A stretch of DNA of 64,000 nt, from positions 874,776 through 938,775 of the forward strand of contig NW_018407210.1 in assembly GCF_002113885.1 (NCBI RefSeq). The letters run 5' to 3'. A program made the position numbers and the translations under genes. This document shows, piece after piece, positions 40,212 to 53,813 of the stretch. Position 1 is the first letter of the stretch; every line of letters starts with the position of its first letter. The notes under the pieces are model-generated. The model was not told where the DNA came from and searched no databases. It saw nothing but the letters and a program-made list of their open reading frames with translations. Origin of the DNA: Mizuhopecten yessoensis (Eukaryota).

Positions 40212-42439
40212 TTTTTTAAGACAGAATGACTGAATTTTGATTAAACTTGCCTGGTGTTCTACTGACTCAGTTCTCCCTCAGGGATTTGATTGGCGAATTC
40301 CGTGGATATTTAAATAAAGCTGCTATGTTCTGATTGGTTATTTGTTTTCCATGCAATGTCCTATGACAGTATGTTCAAATTTTTATCAACCTTGATTGAT
40401 GTAGATGTACTGCTTACAAAAGTCTTGGGTTTGATGTTTAAGGAAATAGTGAGTATTTAATAGACTTCATTCTCAAATCTGATTGGCTGAGCTTTCTGTG
40501 CAGTGTCTTGTGTGGAAATGATTGGATATTGATAACACTTACCTGGTAATCTACTTACCCTAGCTTTCATGATTGGCAAGTTCTTTGGATATATTAAATG
40601 TCTGAGGGTGCTGCATTCTGATGGGTTGATTGCTTTCTATGTGATATCGTTTACAGAATGTCCAGATTTTGAACAAACTTGCTTGATGTAGTTTACCCAA
40701 ATCTCTCAGTTGGGTTAAATGTTCAGCGAGTTCCACACATATTTAGTGAATTCTGATAGTTTTCCATGCAATATCTTGTGATGGAATGATCAAATTATGT
40801 ACAATTTCCCCAAGCCTCCTGCTTAGTTTCCAGTGTAACTGGTTACTTAGTCGATATCTAACATTTCCCAGACCCTTTAGTCCAGTGTGGTCACCGTCTG
40901 GTGAATCTGAATGTCTGACATACATGTACATATGGCAATTACTTTTTGTTTCATAGATATGATGTTGTTCATGATCGATGGTAAATGGTACAGATAATAT
41001 AATGAACATGGTGAAAGAGAACCTAATTATTAACCCGATCCCATAAAACAAGATGGCTGCCATGGTTTCTGATTAGCTAAGATATTTGGATCAAAAGTTT
41101 TGTTATTCTCTTCTGATTTTTGATGGTTACAGGTATTTGTCAGATTACAAACATGCATATCACCAATACTTCAAAATTTAAAAGGATTGCTGTGGCTTCT
41201 GCTCAGAGAATATGGGAGATATTTATACAGTCATACACATGGTGGGACCCTTGCTAATCTGTCAGTTTAAGTTTTGATTAAGAATATAAGTTTTGAAAAA
41301 CTTAAAATGACTAAACGAAGTGCCTTCATGTCCAGTACAGTGAGCAGGCTGTCTCTGCTTCATTGCTTGGTGGTGCCACAGCTGCTGCCTTTCCAGTTTC
41401 CTCTTCCTCAACTTTATCTTACATGATTTCTAGCTCACCTGCCCTGTATGGGTTAGACCTGGTATAAGTGGATAGATACACAGTGCGGCCATATTAAACT
41501 ACCTGTAAATCCTGTTGACAACAGACTGAACTTTGGAATATAGGCAGTGTTCTGTTTGATATACCATATACCTGTAGGTAGCATACCATAGTATTGGGAG
41601 GTTATTGGTTATATCAGTGGGATAAGATTAGTGTGACTGTTACAGGGCAAATCTTACTGAATACACGGAAATAAGTCTAGTTATGTGTTATTCATTGATC
41701 AATGAAATTGTAGATACCTTATGGTTCTAAAGAGATATTGTTAGTCTAGATTATGGTTCTTCATGGCGAGAGGGAGATTTAAAATTAGGATCAAATCAAT
41801 ACAAAATCATAGCTTTTGATAGAGCCACTTCTGTATTTTACAATCTTAAGGGTTAAGGTATTTGTTTTCTTTCTGTTTGTATAATGTATGTCTATAGTCA
41901 ACTTTTGATTAATATCTCACTACTTCTCCATGCTGTAATTTACTCATCTTTACTTCTATTCATATTCACTTTTTAATCCTAATCCTTTTATTTCCAGGAA
42001 AACAAAATTGTGCTAGTATCTTAAACATAAGATATGTATGTTAATGATGATTACTGTAGATGTCCAGACTTCTCTTTATCAAGAATTACTTAGATATCCA
42101 GAAAATTCAGGTGCCTTTTATCAGAACAACAGTAGATGTCATGGTATCTCTTCATCAGGATTCCCAGTATTACTTGATGAGAATTACTAGCATCCCATCT
42201 TTGGAATTAAAATGATAAAACAAGTTTAAGCTGTAGGGTTTATTGGGTGTCAGTTGTGATAAACTGGTTTATCAGGGGTACAGAGAGAGGTCGGAGAGTA
42301 TTATCTGGTACACAGCTGGCCATGGGCAGGTGTGAATATCTGGTGTATATAGGGACAGGTGTGAAATACGTCATATATTTATGTTTGTGTCTTCAGTATA
42401 CTGGTGAGAATAACCTTTAGTATATAAATACTAGCACAC

Positions 42440-43360
42440 TGTGTTGGTGAGATACATTATATTACCTCTGTGTTGGTGAGATACATTATATTACCCCTAG
42501 CTTGTGTTGGTGAGATACATTATATTACCCCTAGCTTGTGTTGGTGAGATACATTATATTACCCCTAGCTTGTGTTGGTGAGATACATTATATTACCCCT
42601 AGCTTGTGTTGGTGAGATACATTATATTACCCCTAGCTTGTGTTGGTGAGATACATTATATTACCCCTAGCTTGTGTTGGTGAGATACATTATATTACCC
42701 CTAGCTTGTGTTGGTGAGATACATTATATTACCCCTAGCTTGTGTTGGTGAGATACATTATATTACCCCTAGCTTGTGTTGGTGAGATACATTATATTAC
42801 CCCTAGCTTGTGTTGGTGAGATACATTATATTACCCCTAGCTTGTGTTGGTGAGATACATTATATTACCCCTAGCTTGTGTTGGTGAGATACATTATATT
42901 ACCCCTAGCTTGTGTTGGTGAGATACATTATATTACCCCTAGCTTGTGTTGGTGAGATACATTATATTACCCCTAGCTTGTGTTGGTGAGATACATTATA
43001 TTACCCCTAGCTTGTGTTGGTGAGATACATTATATTACCCCTAGCTTGTGTTGGTGAGATACATTATATTACCCCTAGCTTGTGTTGGTGAGATACATTA
43101 TATTACCCCTAGCTTGTGTTGGTGAGATACATTATATTACCCCTAGCTTGTGTTGGTGAGATACATTATATTACCCCTGTGTTGGTGAGATACATTATAT
43201 TACCCCTAGCTTGTGTTGGTGAGATACATTATATTACCCCTGTGTTGGTGACATACATTATATTACCCCTAGCTTGTGTTGGTGAGATACATTATATTAC
43301 CCCTGTGTTGGTGACATACTTATATAACCACTGTTGATATGAGATACCTATATTACCCCT
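42440..43360. repeat. Near-perfect 34-bp minisatellite
   Basis: tgtgttggtgagatacattatattacccctagct. Confidence 0.95.
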
Positions 43361-43436
43361 TGTATGGGTATACTAATACCACCGTGTTGTAAGTACTGTT
43401 CAGTAAATATGATTAGTTTGATGTTTTGTATTATAG

Positions 43437-43547
43437 GACGAACCAAAGGTTAATGGAGACATACCGCCTGTGAAGGAGGTGAAGGAAGTGAAGGAGGTGA
43501 AGGAGCCCCCAAAACGTCCCCCACTCACACGCGAGATGAGGGAGGAG
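43437..43547 (+). CDS. SH3KBP1: Exon DEPKVNGDIPPVKEVKEVKEVKEPPKRPPLTREMREE
   Basis: ttttgtattatag| ... gag|gtaaac; 111 bp, phase 0 to 0. Confidence 0.8.
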
Positions 43548-43818
43548 GTAAACAATTCTAGTCAAATTTCTATAATGTATTGAAAGCAGGATTTTGCAGG
43601 TTCCTCAGAAAATTGTGATTAAGGACATTTCTGCTTCAAAGTTAACATGACATTATTTTGAATGGGAGTATCTGGAAATAAAATTTGCCAGCTAGATTGT
43701 AAAGGGGCTAGATACCCAAAATTCTAGAGTAATTTACACTGTCAACTGTCATTTACAAAATGTATCCACTGTTTGTTCATCCCCCACCAGGCTTGTGTGA
43801 GGGACGTATGGTTTCCAT

Positions 43819-43850
<32 letters not shown>

Positions 43851-43873
43851 GTGTATTGTTTACCAGTCCTTGT

Positions 43874-45184
43874 TGTGTCGCCTACAACGCAAGGTGAAAA
43901 ATTGGTATTACTTTGTCAGCGTCGGTTGCATCTTCCGAAACAACGTTTTCGTGCAATAACTTGAGTTTTTTTGGGTTGATTGAACTCAAACTTGGTACAC
44001 ATATTGCATATTAATAAAGCTCAGACAAGTTCGCATTTCAGAAGTTTACATGTTTTTTAGCCCACCATCAGCTGATGGTGGGCTATTCAAATCACCCTGC
44101 GGCCGTGGTCCGTCGTCCGTGGTCTGTCGTCCGTCCGTCGTCCGTCCTTAAACATTTCTTGTTATCAGTATTTCTCAAGAAGTACCAGAGGGATCTTTCT
44201 CAAATGTTATATGTAGGTTCCCCTTGGTCCTTAGCTGTGCAGGGCAACTTTTGAGACTGATCGGATAAACAACATGGCCGACAGGCAGCCATCTTGGATT
44301 TTGATAGTGAAAGTTTGTTATTGCTATTTCTCAAGAAGTACCTGAGGGATCTTTCTCAAATTTTATACGTAGGTTCTCCTTGGTCCTAATTAGCTGTGCA
44401 GGGCATTGTTTGAGACTGATCGGATAAACAACATGGTTGACAGGCAGCCATCTTGGATTTTGATATTGAAAGTTTGTTATCGCTATTTCTAAAGAAGTAC
44501 CAGAGGGATCTTTCTCAAATTTTATATGTAGGTTTCCCTTGATCTCTCGTTGTACATGTTATATTTTGAGACTGATCATAAAAACAAAATGGATTAAAAG
44601 AAGAACTAAACAGATCTTTCTCATATTGCAATGATTGATTCTATTTCTTTCACATTAAGTACTGTACTAGTAAATATGTGAAATGACAAACTCTCTTTGA
44701 AGGTTGGCTTTCATACACATCAGTATTAAGTTTAGATCAAATGTTACCTCAAGGTGCATTTACTGTTAACATGACTCGATCAAACAGATTAGAGGAAAGA
44801 AGAGAAAAGATCGATCTGTCAAAGAACTTAATGAAGAAGGTACAATGGTGGGCGCCAAGATCCCTCTGGAATCTCTTGTTTTATGGAGTTATGCCCGTTT
44901 TGTTGCCAAATAAGGGCATTATGTAGTAAACACAAGAACTTTTTTATTTTCTAATTCATTCCTTTCAAAGCGGTAATGCTAGAAGCAATAATGTTCAACA
45001 CATATTATGGGTTTTTCTGTTGAGTTTCAACATTTTGCATTTTGGCATACCGCACTTGACATAGCGACGTTCATCATTTTTGCCGTTAATTTTTGCTTAT
45101 TTCTGCGATAACTCTAGCCAAAACTCTTTTTTTCCCCACTAAAAGCGCTGAGCAGGCGACACATTCACTCCTGTGGAATTCTTA
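43874..45184 (+). mobile_element. Older HINE-like element split by the 44059-44878 insertion
   Basis: subTIRs tgtgtcgcct ... aggcgacaca followed by a short hairpin. Confidence 0.5.
44059..44878 (+). mobile_element. HINE family B
   Basis: tttttagcccaccatc-agct-gatggtgggct hairpin, (gtcc) repeats, 3 internal ~160-bp repeats, 3' ggtgggc plus gatccctctggaatc stem-loop, T-rich flanks. Confidence 0.8.
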
Positions 45185-45626
45185 TCTAATCATTTGTACA
45201 GAGTTATGGCCCTTTATTTTAGGAGACACTAACCCTAATGAGATTTTTAGAAATTTATTTCATAGTATCTAAAAACGTTATGTATTGTTCAACAATTTAC
45301 GAAGCTTGCAAAATCTCGTGGCACCATATTTTACTCTTAAGATGACTACATGTTTTATACAGGAGTAGCAGGAATTTAGTGCTCTATTTGACTCATTCAC
45401 CCCCCTATATTTTATAAAAAAAACTTTTCTAACCTTTGAATTGGAATAGTTCAAATGTGTCTTCAGGGTTGAATGAGTGAAGATGACCTCTGGAGAAGAA
45501 TGTCATGTACAATGCAAATCAATCTTAGATGACTTTAGTAGGTGAAGGTCATGTACTTCTATATAACATGACTTTAGTAGGTGAAGGTCATGTATGTCAT
45601 GTCACATGTGATGATGTTTTTTACAG

Positions 45627-45681
45627 TCGCCACCTGCCAAGCCCCAGCATGCCCCAGCCAGGCCTCCTGACCCCAACCCAG
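45627..45681 (+). CDS. SH3KBP1: Exon SPPAKPQHAPARPPDPNP+g
   Basis: ttttttacag| ... g|gtttgt; phase 0 to 1, bridging the flanking exons. Confidence 0.8.
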
Positions 45682-45860
45682 GTTTGTATGGTCTACTGTT
45701 AACACTTTTCTTCTTGCCTGTGTTTATTGTTAGTCATGAACGGTTTCTAACACAAGACTAAAACATATTTATCAAAATATCTTGAAGCTTAAGAATGGAC
45801 TCTGGACATGTCTAGTGATTATATCATCTTTTCACATTATGTGCCCCGATTTTAAGTACT

Positions 45861-46196
45861 CCAGGGATAGTTTTATCCTATAATTTTGTCCTGAAGAAGC
45901 CCACTGTAGGGGCAAACCAGGGATAGTTTTATCCTATAATTTTGTCCTGAAGAAGCCCACTGTAGGGGCAAACCAGGGATAGTTTTATCCTATAATTTTG
46001 TCCTGAAGAAGCCCACTGTAGGGGCAAACCAGGGATAGTTTTATCCTATAATTTTGTCCTGAAGAAGCCCACTGTAGGGGCAAACCAGGGATAGTTTTAT
46101 CCTCTAATTTTGTCCTGAAGGAGCCCACTGTAGGGGCAAACCAGGGATAGTTTTATCCTCTAATTTTGTCCTGAAGAAGCCCACTGTAGGGGCAAA
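45861..46196 (+). repeat. 6 x 56-bp tandem repeat of the hammerhead 5' core
   Basis: ccagggatagttttatcctataattttgtcctgaagaagcccactgtaggggcaaa. Confidence 0.95.
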
Positions 46197-46207
46197 ACCG
46201 GTCGACA
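46167..46207 (+). ncRNA. Degenerate minimal type I hammerhead ribozyme
   Basis: tgtc-CTGAAGA-a-gccc(actgtag)gggc-AAAA(GAAA mutated)-ccggtc-gaca; stem I tgtc/gaca, palindromic stem III accggt, GUC cleavage triplet. Confidence 0.7.
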
Positions 46208-46424
46208 CTTCTAATAAACTACAAGAATAACTTATTGCTCCTTCGCCTGTTGTGATTGAATCTACTTTACGATGTTCTCACTTTTACTCAATCCCCTGCA
46301 TACTTTCGGGTATCCAGACGAGGAGCAAAGGACCAAATTATTCCACCATTAAGAAAACCACGGCATTGGCTCTACCCTTGCCTTATCTTTTCACATTGGT
46401 TTATTTTCTGTTGTCTGTCCTCAG

Positions 46425-46687
46425 GGAACGCCATGCTGCTGTCTGCCATAGAAGAACTCAAGAAGGAAATGCGAGAGTTACGGGCAACATGTGCTTCTAA
46501 ATCAGCAATTGATGAACTGCGCAGCGAAAATGAGAAATTACGAATGGAAGTTGAACACATGCGAAGTAAACAATCGCGACAGATAAAAGACTTAATGGCA
46601 GAGGTGGACGAAGAGAAAAAGATTCGACTAAACACACAAGTGGAGGTTGAACGAATCCGCAAACTTCTCACTGAGTCACATGTGTGA
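46425..46687 (+). CDS. SH3KBP1: Terminal exon: C-terminal coiled coil of CIN85/CD2AP
   Basis: ctgtcctcag| phase 1; ...QIKDLMAEVDEEKKIRLNTQVEVERIRKLL resembles the CIN85 C-terminus (DEEKKIRL); stop TGA. Confidence 0.92.
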
Positions 46688-47196
46688 TTATGTCGGTGTT
46701 CTATTCATATTCTCAGGAGCTAAGCATGCAAGGATAGATGTGTATAGGCCAGTCATCAGACATCACAGTGCTACACATAGTCTTACACAGATCAGCAAGT
46801 CTTACCTGTTCTCGAAAGATAGTGGATTTAATTAATTTTGTACATAACGCCAATTCATGTTGATATTATGTACAGATAATTCACGTTTTCTGTTTGTGAT
46901 TCATATTTAGCAAAATGTATCTAACGAAACAGTGAGTTTTTGTATGAAATACATGCTTTGTGAATTGGCTCATCCTCTTGGACCTCACATTAAATTTGAC
47001 CTGTATGCAGGTGTTGGGTACTCATCATTAGAGCTGGCAACTCATCTAGGACCGAGGAGTTGCCAACTCTCCCTCACTCACATGGTACTGTCTGTGAGGA
47101 CCACTGTGAGGATAGGTGTGACCAAGAGACACGGGTAGACTGATCCTTATTAGGTCTGGTTGTATCAAAATGTGCTTCATAAAACTTTAAAATGAT

Positions 47197-48632
47197 AACC
47201 AGGTCACAACTGTGTTAACCTGTTAATGTATACCTGGTCATAACTGTGTTAACCTGTTAATGTTACAGTATACCAGGTCATAACTGTGTTAACGTTACGT
47301 TATACCAGGTCATAACTGTGTTAACGTTACGTTATACCAGGTCATAACTGTGTTAACGTTACGTTATACCTGGTCATAATTGTGTTAACCTGTTAATGTA
47401 TACCTGGTCATAACTGTGTTAACCTGTTAATGTTACAGTATACCAGGTCATAACTGTGTTAACCTGTTAATGTTACAGTATACCAGGTCATAACTGTGTT
47501 AACCTGTTAATGTTACAGTATACCAGGTCATAACTGTGTTAACCTGTTAATGTTACAGTATACCAGGTCATAACTGTGTTAACCTGTTAATGTTACAGTA
47601 TACCAGGTCATAACTGTGTTAACCTGTTAATGTTACAGTATACCAGGTCATAACTGTGTTAACCTGTTAATGTTACAGTATACCAGGTCATAACTGTGTT
47701 AACCTGTTAATGTTACAGTATACCAGGTCATAACTGTGTTAACCTGTTAATGTTACAGTATACCAGGTCATAACTGTGTTAACCTGTTAATGTTACAGTA
47801 TACCAGGTCATAACTGTGTTAACCTGTTAATGTTACAGTATACCAGGTCATAACTGTGTTAACCTGTTAATGTTACAGTATACCAGGTCATAACTGTGTT
47901 AACCTGTTAATGTTACAGTATACCAGGTCATAACTGTGTTAACCTGTTAATGTTACAGTATACCAGGTCATAACTGTGTTAACCTGTTAATGTTACAGTA
48001 TACCAGGTCATAACTGTGTTAACCTGTTAATGTTACAGTATACCAGGTCATAACTGTGTTAACCTGTTAATGTTACAGTATACCAGGTCATAACTGTGTT
48101 AACCTGTTAATGTTACAGTATACCAGGTCATAACTGTGTTAACCTGTTAATGTTACAGTATACCAGGTCATAACTGTGTTAACCTGTTAATGTTACAGTA
48201 TACCAGGTCATAACTGTGTTAACCTGTTAATGTTACAGTATACCAGGTCATAACTGTGTTAACCTGTTAATGTTACAGTATACCAGGTCATAACTGTGTT
48301 AACCTGTTAATGTTACAGTATACCAGGTCATAACTGTGTTAACCTGTTAATGTTACAGTATACCAGGTCATAACTGTGTTAACCTGTTAATGTTACAGTA
48401 TACCAGGTCATAACTGTGTTAACCTGTTAATGTTACAGTATACCAGGTCATAACTGTGTTAACCTGTTAATGTTACAGTATACCAGGTCATAATTGTGTT
48501 AACCTGTTAATGTTACAGTATACCAGGTCATAACTGTGTTAACCTGTTAATGTATACCAGGTCATAACTGTGTTAACCTGTTTATGTATACCAGGTCATA
48601 AATGTGTTAACCTGTTAATGTTACTGTATACC
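47197..48632. repeat. Near-perfect 40-bp minisatellite in the probable 3' UTR
   Basis: taccaggtcataactgtgttaacctgttaatgttacagta. Confidence 0.95.
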
Positions 48633-51029
48633 AATACACCAGGGGATTGATTTTACCTTTGAGCCTTTGATTCTCCAGTTGTTGGCTGATGACAGTAGAC
48701 GTGAATGTACATTGTTACTGTATTGGGAGGTAATAGAGAAGGCTGACATTATTGTTGTGTGTTCTCACATGGCCATGGGAAAACAGTATATATATCCGTG
48801 TGTACACAGAATCAAAGATATCCCTAGCTAGTGCCTGTACAAACAGGATCGTAGCTTCCATTTAATATATTACTGTTTTCTGTGCTGATATCATTCCAGG
48901 AGGACACATTCTTTTCAGTAAACAGGGCCTTTTAGTGTGAAATCTAATGTTTATATCAAATGGTCAATCAAAATTAAAAAATATTTAAAAGTACACTAAA
49001 AGGGAGGTATTTACCTTGGTATCAAAGAATTCTACTCGGACAAGTACTATATTAACTAATTATATATTTATGTATATCTGATTAACTAAATGGGATACAA
49101 CAATGAATATACTAGTTATAAAAATCCATAGGATATTTTTTACATATATTACATGAAATCAACAATTTGGAAATTTGCAATGTTTGCTATATAATCAAAA
49201 CCCCAATATCAAAAATAATATAGGATTGATCTTAAGCCTTACATAAGCTAGTATTTACATCACTCAGATTTGAGCGTAAGTTTGTGGAGCCTTGATATAA
49301 AACACTTAACTGCCAGTTTGAATACATGGGACTTACAAGTAAATTGGTGGAGTATTGATGTATAACAGCATTATTGGTGGAGTATTGATGTATAACAGCA
49401 TTTCACTGCCCGATGTAACACATCCTGGGTACTCAAGGCTAATACTCACTTATTTTCTCTGTACCCCTAGAAATGTCATGACAAAACCAAATGCAGGCAG
49501 TTGCCTATTTGATTACTATCAGGTATAATACTTGAAAAATCGCTTGGCTGATACCTGTCCTTTGAAGAGTTGAGGGGAGTAACACCTGGCTCTAAAGCCA
49601 GTCAATTTTACCATAACACTGCCAGGCTATTGTCTACTTCAATCATTCACAAGGTGGAGTGTACAGAGCCGTCGATTACATCATGACATATTCAAAGTGT
49701 GCACACAACATAGGAGAGCATAACCCCTACGAGTATCACCAAATTTTCAAACACCTGTAAAATACCTATCTTGCCATTTAAATGTCAGTCAATCATTTGT
49801 AAATACAAAAAAATCTTTTTTTTGTAATCCAGCAAATCACTTCTGAAACTCTGTCCAGGTTAAGACGGCGGCCAAGGTATCTAATAAATGTAACCCCAAA
49901 CTGAGCTTCAATTTAAAACATTCCTAATGTCAAACTTGACTTTGTCTTAAGTTTCAAGTTCATATCAAAACAAAAGGTAAGAAGTACTTTAATTCACCAG
50001 AGCAAAATATTTTGACATCATCGTCGCAGCTGAACTTATGTAATCGTGTATCAGGGTCTTGAGAAGTCCATTATTGTTAGACGCTGGACAAAGTACTAAA
50101 GTGATCGAATACTTCCTGACAACTTACCCCAAATTAGTGTGTACCTGTAGCTCTGTATATAGCTGCTTGAACCAGGAACATTGTAGGTATTCTTCTCGTA
50201 TATTCATGGAGAAGTTTCCAGGTATTTGATTAATATCATTAGAATAGTGTTGTGATGAGGTACACATATACCAATATATAACAAAGGTGTGACCGTAGCA
50301 TTGATTGTGATATATGTACACACGGTACACACCACGGTGATGTTCTACATATAACCTGTACAGTTACCTATACTTGGTTACACCCACACAGGTTTGTTGT
50401 AAACATTCACAGTGAAGTCTTGTATATTTACTATAAAACTGAGAAATTACTTCTATACTTAAGTCAGATTTCAGAAGTTGATATAATACAACAAGGATAT
50501 TTAGTAATAGAGACATATAGAGCTATAAAACTGTAGTCAATCTCTATAATTTATTGTATATAAATGTAGCTATGTAGTGTATATAAATGAGATAGATTGT
50601 TTACCTGTACCTACCTACAGTGAATTCCTCCTGTAGTAATTTGGCAAATATTGAGATTATGGTCAGGTGCCTGAGGATGATTCTCCTATTAGAACCTTTC
50701 ATGTGTACAAGCTCTTTGTAGCTTATGTTTAATGTTTTGCAAAATCGACGGAAAATAAATATCCTTGTATGTTGTGCAAGTCACAACAGATCTGTCAAAA
50801 AGGTTGGTTACTGCAGATTATACAATGTCATGCAAATATCTAGAAGTTTTCAATAGTATCCATTCATTATATATAATTTGTAGCACTTAAAGGGCTATAT
50901 TTACTGTCAAGCAATGGTATATATTCTGGTACAATTAGATACAAATTGTCTAAGGTTGAATACAGTACCAGTAGGCTGTGTGTATGTCAGTCTCCGTGAT
51001 CTGGCAGTGACTCTGGTAGGCCGACTCTG

Positions 51030-51388
51030 TTAATATATAGAGAATAATACATGACTTTTTCCATTGTTAATATATAGAGAATAATACATGCCTTTTTCCA
51101 TATCACACCCAGTATCACGTCGAGGGTTGATACTGGGTGTGATGTGGAAAAAGGCATGTTTTATTTTGTTTATTGCATACTTACTAATGAAAGCTACCAT
51201 CTTATGATCTATTTTTCTTTTGAAATATTGAAAAACGAAAATATCAAAAGGGGTGTGATACAGGTTTTGCAGGCTGATACGGAGAGGGCAGATACGGGTT
51301 TTGGGGTGTGATACGGCGAGGGCTGATATGGGTTAGAGCAATTGTCTCGTATTGCATATACAAAAAAAACGTATTTATTAGTAAGTAC
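51030..51388. mobile_element. Short palindromic non-autonomous element (possibly Crypton-type)
   Basis: ~45-bp-arm hairpin catgcctttttccatatcacacccagtatca / tgatactgggtgtgatgtggaaaaaggcatg; second IR tacttactaat/attagtaagta; duplicated 5' end. Confidence 0.4.
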
Positions 51389-53004
51389 GTAATAAATGCT
51401 GATACCATGTGTATTAGATTTGGAAAAAGTAATATTGTCATACTGCTAAAGGGATTTAGAGGTAGTTTATCTGAAGAGAGTGATATTAGATTTAATGATA
51501 TTAAGAAGCTTGTTTATATCATGAATTTCTTGAATGGATGATTTCTGTTGCTAAAATGTAACATAAAAGAATTGTAAGTTTGGGTTTATATAGACTTGTA
51601 TCTGTATAGAATCATGTGATCTTGTATTGTTTAGGACAAAAGTCAGCAACCTATTGCATTGTAGGTTTTATTTCAGGCATATGTTGTTTCCTACGTATAA
51701 GAAACATTTAACCAAGCAAAAAAAGCAAGAAAAAGGGGGAAATGAAGTATCAACAGAAGTATGAGGACAAACATTGAAGTCTTACCATCAGTCAGGTGTT
51801 CACTGAAGAGTATGAGGACAAACATTGAAGTCTTACCATCAGTCAGGTGTTTACTGAATACGTCTCAATTAACAGGTTATATACCCACAATACTTCTAGT
51901 ATTTCTGAGGAGTTGCTAATGTGGTAGACAGTTTAGTCGGTCACCTCCAGTACTTGCATTAAAACTTGTACATTTCATAGGCTAGAAAATAGGAGAAATA
52001 GTTTACTGGTTGTCAATAAAGAGTTTATTATAGTACTATTGTGTAAAAAGTAGGCTTTATGATATTTATTTTACATTTACTAATTTTGCTGGCAGACTAT
52101 TTATTTAATACCTGCAAAGTTATTATTATACAAATCTTTTTTTTCTTCTAACAAGTTAGGGAGTATTTTTGTTACATATCAACTGTACTGCCACGCCTTT
52201 GCACATGTTAAGATACCACCTATATATATATATATCTGTATAGAATGTTTATATTGGAGTGTATATTTCTATTGCACACAGCTCTATGTTTCATAGGCGA
52301 TAGATACAAATGACATCGGAAAATTATTCAGGTTCCCAGTTAAGGAATTAACAGAGAAATTCTACGTTTAAAGGTCAGCTTCGATTGCAATAAAACACAA
52401 GTACAATAATGGATGCCAGCTGTTTTGCCTTGTGTAAAAGGGATATAGCCACTTGATGAGTAATTGTATAATGTATCAAATCTCCATTGTTTAAAATAGC
52501 TGATGTGTGTTGATTGTTACTCCATATACATCAGACTGATACCTGTATATTTTACCCGTTGTGATTTGCCTGAAAGGCACAATAGATCTGAACTGTGCTG
52601 TTTAGGTGTCTACTGTACAAATTTACTGTACACCAAATAGGCACAGAAAGTTTAATTCATGTATTTGTTTTTCATAAATTTGTATGAATATAAATAGCTA
52701 ATTTCTCACTTGCATGTCCACACCGTTAGGTAGTTTTGTGTGGGCTCACTGGCTCAGCTTGTCTCAGCTTTATTTAGCTGAATATTTATTACAATTTCGC
52801 TTGTGGTCAATTCAGTTTATTATGCAACACATTACATAATGTGCAAAGATATTTTGATGAAATAAAAGTATCAAAATTGTACAAAGTGTACAATATTTTG
52901 AGATTAAGACCTGTGCCATGCTAACAAAGGTTTCCACTATTATTATAGAATATACTTGTATTGTGTCTACTGTGTTTATAGCACGTATTACGAGTATTAG
53001 TATT

Positions 53005-53210
53005 GATACTGATGTTGCAGGTAGTGTAGTACTATACTGATGTTGCAGGAGTGTAGTACTATACGGATGTTGCAGGGAGTGTAGTACTATACTGATGTTG
53101 TAGGGAGTGTAGTACTATACTGATGTTGCAGGGAGTGTAGTACTATACGGATGTTGCTGGGAGTGTAGTACTATACTGATGTTGCAGGGAGTGTAGTACT
53201 ATACTGATGG
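53005..53210. repeat. 28-bp minisatellite
   Basis: gtgtagtactatactgatgttgcaggga. Confidence 0.85.
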
Positions 53211-53813
53211 TGAAGGACACACTGCTTGAGGTGTTGGTCCTGAAGCACTTGTGTATAATTACAAAATTAATGTCTTAACAAATCTCACTCTCTTTGTCAC
53301 TCTTTTCTTCTTCATCTCTCTGAAATTTTGAAGACTTTCCAGCAAAATGGAGTTCCTTTTAAGATCACAAGGTCCTCCTTCTAACATGTGATGAACCTGT
53401 GTCAGTATGCAGAGTAAATGAAATTCAGGCAACCAAATAGGGTACATGTCTCTGTGTAAGATGCCTCTGTGATGTAAACTAAAGGAGGGCCAGAGTTAAA
53501 CCTGAAGCTGATCAACTCAATACAGTAAACTATCCATTCTGTATCTGCCAAATCATATCTGATCACCATCATGTGACTGTCACATGATGGTGTTGTAATA
53601 CCACTTTCATTATATTACATGATTTGTAACATTCCAACATATATATATCTGTATATTTCTACATAAAGATTAATATCTTGCCATCTGATGTTTTGTTGTG
53701 TTTATACTCCAGATACAATGGTTGTGAGAGGTGGAGTTATAAACTTGAGTTGTCTATAGACACAAATTTGTCTGCACTACCTAAAGTTCTGCACTAATTA
53801 TAATGATACTTTA

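Larger units (their letters stand above)
45830..46350 (+). mobile_element. Penelope-like element pseudo-LTR remnant
   Basis: Contains a minimal hammerhead motif followed by AATAAA, an arrangement typical of PLE pLTRs; boundaries approximate. Confidence 0.55.
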
